Origin: an uncultured Gemmatimonadales bacterium
GTDB lineage: Bacteria > Gemmatimonadota > Gemmatimonadetes > Longimicrobiales > RSA9
Assembly (NCBI GenBank): GCA_963816355.1
Contig: CAWFKH010000003.1
Span: 1,248,001-1,312,000, forward strand
Direction of reading: 5' to 3'
DNA length: 64,000 bases
Numbering within the stretch: position 1 is the first letter of the stretch; each line of letters starts with the position of its first letter. Shown one piece after another: positions 40,286-49,173 of this stretch. Position numbers and translations under genes: made by a program. The notes beneath the pieces were generated by a model that was not told the origin of the DNA, ran no database searches, and saw only the letters and a list, made by a program, of their open reading frames with translations.

Positions 40286-43200
40286 TTACGGCAGGACTCG
40301 CCAGGCGAGGTACTGGGCTCCCGCCCGATAGTTCTGGTTGTAGTCCTTGCCAATGTAGTCCATCAGGCTGTAGTACGCGTCTGTCAGCGGACCCACACCG
40401 TGGCCCCATGTCGCCGCGGCCATCTCATCGCCCATGTCCAGGTACGTCTTGTCGCGCGTGATGTAGTACGCGTAGCCGAACGCATGCACCGTGGGGGCCG
40501 TGATCTCGCGCACCTCACGAATGCTGTTCGTGTCCCAGCCGTCGCGCAGTGCCGTCGTTTCCTGCGGGGCACACGTCGCAGAACAGATACGCCCACATGC
40601 CGCGCCAGCGTACACCGTTCAGGCCGGGAACCAGCTCGTCCTTCCGATATGCGTCGCGGTAGAGGTGGGTGACGGCCTTCTCGATCGACTTCGCGACCGT
40701 CGGATCTCCGGTGAGCCGATGGACCGCGATCATGCCCTGCAGCAACAGGCCGACATGGAACGGGTTCTCGAAATCGTCGCCCGTCGCGCCGGGCTCCGGC
40801 GGATCGTCGGGGTCCGTCCAGCGCCAGGAGCCATCCGGCTACTGAAGGCGAGCATAATAGTTGGCGGCGGCAGTGCTCGCGCGGCTCAGGAAGTCGCCAT
40901 GGCCGGCGCGTAGTTCGGTGCCACCACTGACATGATCGCCAGGTTCAGGAGGGCGTATCCGCCGTCTCGCACGCCATAATGCAGATGGTCGTATTCCGCG
41001 TTCTGATCGAGCCAGATCCATCCCTGATAGTCGACGTAGGAGGCGATCGAGTCCAACATTTTGGGCCGGCCGTCCAGGGCGCGCAGCGACATGCCCTCGA
41101 CCGCGGCGGCTCTCGGTGCCGAGAAGCTGTTTCCCCGGCCGCGAGGCGCGTGTACTGCCAGTCTGCGGCGAAACGGGCGCAATCCCGATACCGCGAGTCT
41201 CCGGAGCGGTAGTAGGCAATGTACATCGTCAGCGCGAGATCGTAGTAAGCCACTCCTGCGACGGCGCCGCCTCGAAGCTGGTGCACAGGTTCAGCCCGCG
41301 GTCGAGCTCGTTCTGGTCGAAGAACGGCCACGGATTGAGCGCGCTCCCGATCTTGAGCTGGGGCCCGATGATGAACGCGATCTTGTCGTTCGGATAGGTG
41401 ACGAAGTCGCCGCCGCCGCTCGTCGGGCCACTCGTTACGGTGACCGCGCCGGACGCCTTGATCCCGCTGACGTGCGCCGTGATCGTGGCGCTTCCCGCGG
41501 CGACGGCGGAGACGACGCCCGTCGTAGAGACGGAAGCGATGGCGGGCGCCGAGGAGCTCCACGTGACGGTCGATGCTGGAGACGGCGACACCGTTCGAGT
41601 CGACGGGCGTCGCCGAGAACTGCTGGACGGCGCCGACGGCGAGCGTGGTGGAGGCGGGACTGAGCTGAACGGTCTTGACGATCTGGCGGATCTGCACGCC
41701 GGCCGTGTCGGCGACCTGGCAGCAGAGGGACGTGGCGACGATGAGGGTGCTACCAACCGCCTTCGCGACGACTCGTCCCATGCTGTCCACTGCTGCGGTT
41801 GCGGGGTTCGAGAGGTCCAAGCGACCCGCGCGCCCTGCACCAGGCTGTTCGAGGCGTCGTAGCCGGTGACCGCGAACTGCAGCGTGTCGCCGAGCGCGTT
41901 CAGCGTTCCCGACGGCGAAACGACGATGCGAGCCACGTCGGTCCGGTGCTGGCCTTCTGCACCGAGATGGATGCGGATCCCGTCTTCCCGGCCGCGGACG
42001 CAGTGATCGTGGCGCTGCCGACCGCTACCGCCGTGACGACTCCCGACGTGCTCACGGTCGCAACCGCGGCGTCGGAGGAGGCCCACGTGAACGTCACGCC
42101 TAGAACGAGGCCACCCGCCGCATCCGTCGCGGCGGCGGAAAGAACGGATATCGTTACCCGGTGTCAGGTTTGCGTTTGTTGGCGACAAAGCTATCGACGC
42201 GACCGGCGATTGCACAACCACCGGAATCGTGGCCGTGACGCCCGCGGCGCTCGCCGAGACGTGGACGGTGCCGGCGGAGACCGCCGTGACGCGGCCGGCG
42301 CTGTCGACGCTGGCCACTGATGCGTCCGAGCTGGACCAGGCGAAGTGCACGCCGCCGATCTCTGCGCCGGCGGCGTCGAACGCCGACGCGGCGAGCGATC
42401 CGGTCTGAGCGACGTCCAGCGAGAGCGAGTCGGGCGCGATGCGGATCGCGGCGATCGCGGCGCGCAACGTCGTCGCGAAGAAAGTCACGCTGGTCAGACC
42501 GCGCGATGCGGCCGTGGCGCTCGACTCACCCACGGTCGAGCCGAGCGTCCAGCTCGTCGAGACGAGGCCGTCGGCGTCGCTCTTTCCGGTCGAGGGACTC
42601 AGCGAGCCGGCCGACGCGGACCAGGAGACCGCCACGCCCGCCACCGGATTGCCGAACTGGTCGCGCACCTTCACCTGCAGCGGACCCGTCAGCTTCTGGT
42701 TGGCGGTGCCGCTCTGCAGATCGCCGGACACCGCCACCAGCGCGGCGGCCGAGCCGCGCGACGGCGGTTCCGTGAAACACGGTCGGCGAGCCCCTGACGC
42801 CGTTCACCGCCGCTTCGACCGTCTGGTCGCCGAGCGCGTAGCCGAGCGCCCAGTGGGCGTAGGCGATGCCGGCGGTATCGGTCGTGGAGGTGGCGGGCGA
42901 GACGTAGCCGTTGCCGCTCGTGACGGTGAAGGCGACGTCGGCGCCGGGCACCGGCAGCCCGTTGCGATCCAGCAGCCGAACGGCGAGGCTATCCGGCAGG
43001 ATCGATCCGGTCACCGCGGTCTGTCCATCGCCGCTCACGTACTCCATTGTCTTCGGCACCGCCTTCACGTCGAGCGAGGCGCTGCCGCTGAGACCCTTGC
43101 CCTTCCCGCTCGAATTCGTGTTTCCGTTACCGCCGGTGGGGTTCATCGAGCCCGAGGGAACCGCGTCCCCCGTCGCGGTCGAGACCAGCTCGGCCTTCAC

Positions 43201-43518
43201 GGTGACGGCGCCGGGTCGGCGCGCGGTGACCGTGCCCGCCTGGTCGATCGACGCCACCACCGGATCGGAGACCGACCAGCGCAGCGACATCCCGCTCGGC
43301 ACGCCCTTCACCGGCTTTCCGTTCTGGTCGAGCAGCACGGGCTCGAACCGCATCGATTGGCCGTCGTCCAGCTCGGCCTCGATCGGCTTGACGTCCATAC
43401 TGATGACGGAGGTGAACGACTCGACCGGAGTGAGATCCTGCTGACACGCGACGAGCGGCAGCAGGAAGAGAATGATGGATCCGGCGCGCAGGGGGGTCGC
43501 AGGAGTCCTCGTCGGCAT
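40286..43518 (-). CDS. Large Ig-like (Big_2/Big_1) repeat lipoprotein with a helical C-terminal domain (frameshifted)
   Basis: GGAGG RBS, lipobox LVA-C, repeated WSSSD..VASVD..G.VTA...G units, and SGD.Q...L.V...D..G.PV.G..V units. The pieces are collinear across frames. Confidence 0.72.
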
Positions 43519-43572
43519 CTTTCCTCCGATCGCGGGGTTCGCGATTGGGCTCGCGTTTCTCGACGACCGGCG

Positions 43573-43710
43573 AAAACGGAAAAAGCCACCAGCGCCGACC
43601 GTTGTGGTCGCATTCGCTGGCGGCTCGGCGGGCATGGGCGCTTCCGCACCCCACAGCCCCGTGGCTCTGCGTCACCGCGTTTCCGCGGCTTTGCTCTGAG
43701 CAGCGTCGCT
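43573..43710 (-). ncRNA. GEMM-I (c-di-GMP-I family) riboswitch, A20 variant (candidate 3',3'-cGAMP sensor), with overlapping intrinsic terminator
   Basis: Minus strand reads CGCUG-CUCAGA-GCAAA-GCCGCG-GAAA-CGCGGU-GACGC-A-GAGCCACGGGGCU...GCCGAGCCG-C-CAGCG, which aligns position by position with the Vc2 aptamer core. Terminator AGCCGCCAGCG...CGCUGGUGGCU-UUUU follows. Confidence 0.88.
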
Positions 43711-43733
43711 CCCTGTTGTCGCGCGCGAAACGA

Positions 43734-43802
43734 GGCAATCCATGTTCCCGCCCGCGGGCGATCGGATCAGGATCTGTAAGTTGCCATTATACAGCGTCTT
43801 AC
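43734..43802 (-). promoter_or_regulatory. AT-rich dyad + sigma54 promoter (copy 3) driving the riboswitch leader
   Basis: GTAAG-N17-CTTAC (43776-43802), a 26-nt gap, then GGGAAC-N5-TTGCC (43749-43734, GG-N10-GC). An enhancer-like CGTTG-N8-CAACA lies at 43910-43927. Confidence 0.7.
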
Positions 43803-43875
43803 GATCTCGTCACCGCAGGAGCCGCCGGGCGGGAACGCGCAATTCTTTCGAGCGCGGGAATACTCTTTTCGGAGA

Positions 43876-44763
43876 TCAGTCGGGGGCGTCGCCCGCTGGA
43901 TCGGGAGGACGTTGCGGAGATGCAACAGAGGACGGCCGACGCAGGACGAGCTCATTGCAGCCGAGGCCGTGCGTCGGGCGCACCGTCTCTGGCTGGAAGC
44001 CACGTTGCGCGTAGAAGGCGAGGAGGGCCTCGGTGGAGGCATACTCGTAGGGGTAGCCGCCGACCCAGTCGACAATGTCGCGCCAGCGGCTCATGCCGCG
44101 GCGCGCGTCGTAGCGGGTCCAGGAGCGGAGGTAGTCGAGGGGGCGCAGGCGAAGGGCCGCGCGGGCGGCGTCCTTCACCTCGTAGGGCGCCATGGCGAGG
44201 AGGGCGTAGAGGGGCCGCAGCGGCGGGGCTATCTCGTTGTAGCGCTTCTTGATGCCTCGCCAGCGCAGGCTCTCCTCGCCGCGGTCGTTGTAGATGGCGA
44301 TGAAAAGGCGGCCGCCTGGAGCGACCGGGATCGCCGCGTTGTCGAGCGCCTCCCACATGCGGCCGGTGTGATGGAGCACCCCCCAGGAGTAGACGATGTC
44401 GAAAGTGCCGAGGGAGCGGAGGTACGCGGCGTCGAGGGCCGAGCCCTCCTCGACGGCCCAGTCGGGGTCGCCGTCGAAGTAGCGGGCGCGCAGCTCGCGC
44501 GCGCAGGCGACGGAGGCGGGGTCGTAGTCGAGGGAGTGGACGCGCGCGCCGAGCCGGCGCGCGGCGAGGCTGAAGAGGCCGCTGCCGCAGCCGATGTCGA
44601 GGAAGGAGAGGCCGGCGAGGTCCCTCACGCCGAGCATCTCCCGGAGCGAGTCCTCGGCGCGCGCGATGCGCGTCTCGTTCAGGTCGCGGAGGAAGCGGGC
44701 CCAGTTGCGGCCGAATTCGAAGCGTTCGGAACGGGCGACCTCGCGGGCGTGCTCTTCACTCAT
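43876..44763 (-). CDS. Class I SAM-dependent methyltransferase
   Basis: RFEFGRNW, LDIGCGSG, FDIVYSWGVLHHTG, DWVGGYPYE. Confidence 0.9.
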   Translation of the reverse strand: MSEEHAREVARSERFEFGRNWARFLRDLNETRIARAEDSLREMLGVRDLAGLSFLDIGCGSGLFSLAARRLGARVHSLDYDPASVACARELRARYFDGDPDWAVEEGSALDAAYLRSLGTFDIVYSWGVLHHTGRMWEALDNAAIPVAPGGRLFIAIYNDRGEESLRWRGIKKRYNEIAPPLRPLYALLAMAPYEVKDAARAALRLRPLDYLRSWTRYDARRGMSRWRDIVDWVGGYPYEYASTEALLAFYAQRGFQPETVRPTHGLGCNELVLRRPSSVASPQRPPDPAGDAPD

Positions 44764-46660
44764 CGGGCGTGTTCTCCAGACGGGTCTCGATCATGATCGG
44801 CAGGCGGACGGAGCCCGACGCGACGATCACTTCGCGGTCGTCCAGCACTCCGTACGCGTCGCTGCCCCGCACCGCCGCCGTGCGCAGCGTCATCGCCGCC
44901 GGCAGCGCGAAGCGGAAGAGCACGCGGATCCCCTCGCCGTGCACGGCGACGAGGTCCGGAGCACGGATCTCGGGCGTGAGGCCCGGCGCGAGGTGGAAGC
45001 GGACCGTGACGTCCTCGACGCCACGGCCGTCGACGCGGTCTTCGACGATCCAGCGGCCGGGCTCGATCGCGCTCACGGTCCTGCGGCAGGTGGCACCGGA
45101 GGCGCGGTGGGCGTAGCCGGAGTGCTCGGCGACCAGCGTAGCGGCGCCGGGTCCGGCGCGCCACGCGAGCGCCCGCGAGCGCGTGCGGTCCTCCAGGATG
45201 CGCCAGGGCCGGCGGGGATCGATCGGGTTCGACTCCTCGGCGCCGATCTGCAGGACGTTGTGGGAAGCGGTGGCGCGGAAGGCGTGGCGCGCGGCGAGGT
45301 CGCGCGTGTAGCAGAAGGTACCGAGGTCGGCGAGCACGCGGCGGCCCGCGAGCCCGAGCTCGAGGGAGAGTTGGTCGTCGTGGTCGTGGCTGCCGGCGCC
45401 GTCGAGTCCGACGGCGCCGCAGCGGACGACGGCGTGGTCGTCGCCGGCGCGCAGGACGTAGAATCCGCCGTGCGGGAAGTCGGCGGATGCGGGGGCCGGC
45501 GGCAGTTCCAGCCACGGCGGCAGCCCCAGCGCGTGCCGGCGCGGCTGGCGCGCCGCAGCGGCGCGGAAGAGGTGGACGCGGCCGTCGTCGGCGTCGCCGA
45601 TCATCGGGGCGTCGCCGGAGGCCGGCAGGTACGCGGCGATGAACCGCAGCATCGCGTCCAGGCGCGGGCCGTAGTGCGGCCCGAGCAGCTCGGGAGCGTT
45701 CCGCCGGACCACCTCGCCGCCACAGGCGAAGAGCTCCGCGGCGAGGCGGTGGTAGCCGACCGAGCCCTCGAAGGAGACACCGTCCTCGCGGACCTGGTGG
45801 AGGATCTCGCGGTCGAGGATGCGCGCGCCACGACGGAGCCAGCGCTCCGCCTCCGGCGCTCCCCGGAAGAACGCGCCGAGGTAGACGAGTCCGACCGCGT
45901 CCGCCACGAAGTGGTTGCCGCGATGGACCGGGTGCCATTCCAGGTGCCGCTCGAGCCACAGGCCGGTGGCGAACAGGTTCGCGAGGAACGGCGGCCAGAG
46001 ATCGCCCGAGAGATCTTCGCGGGCGGCGAAGAGGACGGCTCCGACCGTCCAGTTGGCCGCCCGCAGGGCGGCATCCATCGGCGAGGCCCAGTGCGGCCCG
46101 TAGCCGAGCGGGTCGTCGTCGATCCAGGAGCGCACGTGCCGTTCGAAGGCGCCGGCGAAGGCCGCCTCCCCGGTCGTCCACGCCGCGCGCGCGAGCGGCA
46201 GGACGTGGTAGAAGCGGGAAAGCTCCCAGACCGTGCGGATGTCGGAGCCGTCGCCGCGCACGATCGCGTAACGGCTGGAGCGGCCGAGCGGCCACAGCGC
46301 GCCGGAGTAGAGGTCGCGCCGCCAGGCGGGCCCATCACCCAGCTCGACCCGGCCGGACCCGATCAGATCGAAGCGGCCGCGCACGGCGTCGCGCGCGATG
46401 TCCAGATCGGCCGGCTCGCACGTAGAGCGGCACCACGCCTCCGCTTCGGCGAGGTCGACCCAGAGGCGGCCCGCCCCCGGCCGGCGCAGCCACGCCGCCG
46501 CTCCCGCCCGCTTCCACTCGGCCGTCCAGCGCGCCGCCCACGCCCGGCCGCGGCGCTCGCTGCGGCGCAGGCCCCCGGCCGAGTCCACGGCGTCGCGCGC
46601 GCGTCGTCGTATGCGGAACGCGGCGGCGCGGGTGAAGTCGAGCGGACGCAGCCGGCTCAA
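44756..46660 (-). CDS. Heparinase II/III family protein
   Basis: DIRTVWELSRF, GNH, EGSVGYH, IGDADDG, HDHDD, HN. TTGA-overlap start inferred. Confidence 0.85.
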   Translation of the reverse strand: MSRLRPLDFTRAAAFRIRRRARDAVDSAGGLRRSERRGRAWAARWTAEWKRAGAAAWLRRPGAGRLWVDLAEAEAWCRSTCEPADLDIARDAVRGRFDLIGSGRVELGDGPAWRRDLYSGALWPLGRSSRYAIVRGDGSDIRTVWELSRFYHVLPLARAAWTTGEAAFAGAFERHVRSWIDDDPLGYGPHWASPMDAALRAANWTVGAVLFAAREDLSGDLWPPFLANLFATGLWLERHLEWHPVHRGNHFVADAVGLVYLGAFFRGAPEAERWLRRGARILDREILHQVREDGVSFEGSVGYHRLAAELFACGGEVVRRNAPELLGPHYGPRLDAMLRFIAAYLPASGDAPMIGDADDGRVHLFRAAAARQPRRHALGLPPWLELPPAPASADFPHGGFYVLRAGDDHAVVRCGAVGLDGAGSHDHDDQLSLELGLAGRRVLADLGTFCYTRDLAARHAFRATASHNVLQIGAEESNPIDPRRPWRILEDRTRSRALAWRAGPGAATLVAEHSGYAHRASGATCRRTVSAIEPGRWIVEDRVDGRGVEDVTVRFHLAPGLTPEIRAPDLVAVHGEGIRVLFRFALPAAMTLRTAAVRGSDAYGVLDDREVIVASGSVRLPIMIETRLENTPDE

Positions 46661-47835
46661 GCGACGTGCTCCCGAACGAGGCGGACGATCTCCGCGCAGC
46701 GGCCCTCCCACGACTCGGCCCGCGCGCGCTGCGCCGCCTCCCGCCGCGCGGCCGCGTCCGGCGGCGTCGCGATCACCTCTCCAACGGCCGCGACGAAGGC
46801 GTCCGCAGTGTGCGCGACGTGGAGGAACGGGTCCGGCGGCAGCGCCACGATCTCCGGCAGCGAAGTGGACACGACGGGGATCCCGGCCGACAGGTATTCG
46901 CGCAGCTTGATCGGGTTGACCGCACGCGTCAGCTCGTTCAAACAGAAAGGAACGAGGGCGACGTCGAAGCGGGCCGCGTACGCGGGCAGCTCCGCGTACG
47001 GCTTCTGTCCGAGCAGCCGGACGTTCGGGCGCCGGGCGAGGGCGCTCACGTCCACACGGGTCTTGCCGAGGAGGACCAGAACGGCGTCCGGAAAGGCATC
47101 CGCCACGCGGCCCAGCAGGTCCTGGTCGATCCAGTCGTGCAGGAGCCCGAAGAAGCCGATCACGCGGCGGTCACCCACATCCGCCAGATCCGGCGGTACC
47201 GGCTGCGGCTCGAGCGCCGCGGCCGCGAAGTGCGCCCACTCGACGCCGTGCCGGACCAGATAGGCGCGTTCGGTATGGGGCCGGCAGTCCTCGAGCAGCT
47301 CCTGCGACGACGCGATCACCACGTCCGCGTCGCGGCACAGCCGCTCGTGACACTCCCGCATGACGCGCTCGTCGTACTCCTCGAAGGCCCACCAGCGGTC
47401 CACGCAGTGATAGACCAGTCCCCGCCTCGGGAACCGGTGCAGGTACGCCGCCACGGTCGGCGTGTACACCCAGAGCAGCGGCCGCTCCGAGCCCGGCGTC
47501 CCGCGCAGCGCGCGCGACACGGCCCTGCGGTAGAGGCGCGCGTTCAGCGCCCGCGCCAGCCGGCTCCCCGGCAGCGGGACCGACAGCGGGCTCACCACCC
47601 GCACCCCACCCTCCGCCCGCGGCGCCGCGCCCGCCGAGCGCAGCCGTCCGGCGATCCGCCGCAGGTCACCGGCGCTGGTCAGGCGCGGCACCCGCATGCC
47701 GGCCGACTCCACCCACACGACGTCCGCGCTCCGCGCCAGGTACCGCATGACGTGGTGCTTGCTCGTGGGATCGCCCCGCCAGTCGTTCGCGAAGCACACG
47801 ATCGGCCCCGCCAAGGCGGCGCCGCCAGCTTCCAT
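46657..47835 (-). CDS. Glycosyltransferase (GT4, TuaH-like)
   Basis: NDW..DPTSKHH, YHCVD, GFFG...WID, NPIKLREYLSAG; GAGGAGG RBS. Confidence 0.87.
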   Translation of the reverse strand: MEAGGAALAGPIVCFANDWRGDPTSKHHVMRYLARSADVVWVESAGMRVPRLTSAGDLRRIAGRLRSAGAAPRAEGGVRVVSPLSVPLPGSRLARALNARLYRRAVSRALRGTPGSERPLLWVYTPTVAAYLHRFPRRGLVYHCVDRWWAFEEYDERVMRECHERLCRDADVVIASSQELLEDCRPHTERAYLVRHGVEWAHFAAAALEPQPVPPDLADVGDRRVIGFFGLLHDWIDQDLLGRVADAFPDAVLVLLGKTRVDVSALARRPNVRLLGQKPYAELPAYAARFDVALVPFCLNELTRAVNPIKLREYLSAGIPVVSTSLPEIVALPPDPFLHVAHTADAFVAAVGEVIATPPDAAARREAAQRARAESWEGRCAEIVRLVREHVA

Positions 47836-48030
47836 TGCGCCCTCCTCGCCCGCTCGCCCTGCCTGAGTCGCCATCCGCCTCCGTTGCTCCGCGCCCGTGC
47901 GTCCCTCCGCGGCGCGCCTCTCCGCACGCCCCGGTCCGCGCGGCGCGCCCTGTGCTTCCGGTATATTATGTGCCCTCGCGGAGCGGGACGGAAATCGCAC
48001 GACTCGAACACGGGGACGACGGGCGTCTTG

Positions 48031-49173
48031 ATGCCGGAGCTGATCTTCCTGCTGCTCGCGCTGGTGCTGGCGTGGGCGTACGTCGGCTACCCGCTCGCGA
48101 TGGAGTGGCGGGCGGCGCGGGCGCGGCGGCGGCGGGTCGAGGTCACGTCCGGCGGCGAGGCGGCCGCGTCCACGATCTCGATCGTGCTGCCGGTGCGGGA
48201 CGGCGAGCGCTGGCTGGAGCGACGGCTCGCGGAGCTGTTGGAGCAGGCGTGGTCGGGCGAGCGGGAGGTGGTGGTCGTGCTGAACGGGTGCCGCGACGGT
48301 AGCCGCGCGGTCGCGGAGCGGGTGGCGAGGCGGGAGCCGGCAGTGCGCGTGCTGGAGAGTCCCCCGGAGGACGGAAAGTCCGGAGCGCTCGCGGCGGGGG
48401 TGGCGGCGGCGGCGGGCGAGGTCGTGGTGTTCGCGGACGTGCGACAGCGGTGGTCCGCGGGGACGGTGCGGCGGCTGGCGGCGCGCCTGCGCGAGCCCGG
48501 AGTCGGCGCGGTCACGGGACGTCTGGTGTGGCGGGAGGCGGGGAGCGCGGCGACGCGCGGCTTCAACCGGTACTGGGGGTACGAGACGCGGCTGCGGCTG
48601 GCCGAGAGCGAGAGCGGCTCCGTGATCGGAGCGACCGGCGCGATCTGGGCGGCCCGGCGCTCGCTCTACCCTTCCCTGCCGGCCGGCGTGATCCTCGACG
48701 ACGTCTACGCGCCGCTGTCGATCGCGGCCGCGGGGTACCGGGTGGTGATGGAAGCGGAGGCGATCGCCCACGACGAGCCCTCGAGCGACGACGCCGCCGA
48801 GTACGCGCGTCGCGTGCGACACCTCGTCGGCAACCTGCAGCTCCTGCGTCTCATGCCGTGGCTGCTGCACCCGCGGCGCAATCCGGTTTGGGGCCGCTAC
48901 GTCTCGCACAAGCTGTTGCGGGTGCTCACGCCGCTGCTCCTCCCGGCGCTCCTGCTCGCCGGCCTGCTGTCGACGAACCTCCTCGCGCGATCGCTGGCGC
49001 TGGTTCTGGCCGCGGTCTACGTTCTCGGCGCCGTCGGAATCGCGCTGCGGCTGCGGGCTCTGGCGCTGCCATCCGCGTTCGTGCTCGCGCACACGGCCGG
49101 GATCTCGGCGCTTCTGCGGCCCGGCCGCGGCGCGGCACAGGTGTGGCACCGACCATCGGGCGGAGACGCATGA
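48031..49173 (+). CDS. Glycosyltransferase family 2 (PgaC/IcaA-like, membrane)
   Basis: N-terminal TM YVGYP, GKS, FAD, GATGAIWA, LDD, R..R...GN, SHK..R and C-terminal TMs. Confidence 0.87.
   Translation: MPELIFLLLALVLAWAYVGYPLAMEWRAARARRRRVEVTSGGEAAASTISIVLPVRDGERWLERRLAELLEQAWSGEREVVVVLNGCRDGSRAVAERVARREPAVRVLESPPEDGKSGALAAGVAAAAGEVVVFADVRQRWSAGTVRRLAARLREPGVGAVTGRLVWREAGSAATRGFNRYWGYETRLRLAESESGSVIGATGAIWAARRSLYPSLPAGVILDDVYAPLSIAAAGYRVVMEAEAIAHDEPSSDDAAEYARRVRHLVGNLQLLRLMPWLLHPRRNPVWGRYVSHKLLRVLTPLLLPALLLAGLLSTNLLARSLALVLAAVYVLGAVGIALRLRALALPSAFVLAHTAGISALLRPGRGAAQVWHRPSGGDA

Noticed and set aside
33590..42900. Calling the broken genes true pseudogenes or programmed frameshifts
   Set aside because: The indels are numerous and scattered while motifs are preserved, which fits consensus error better. 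They are kept as frameshifted CDS.
47949..47976. GTATATTATGT resembles the core of a dif site
   Set aside because: The XerC arm does not match and the XerD arm is only partial. It lies between divergent genes and is better explained as overlapping -10 boxes.
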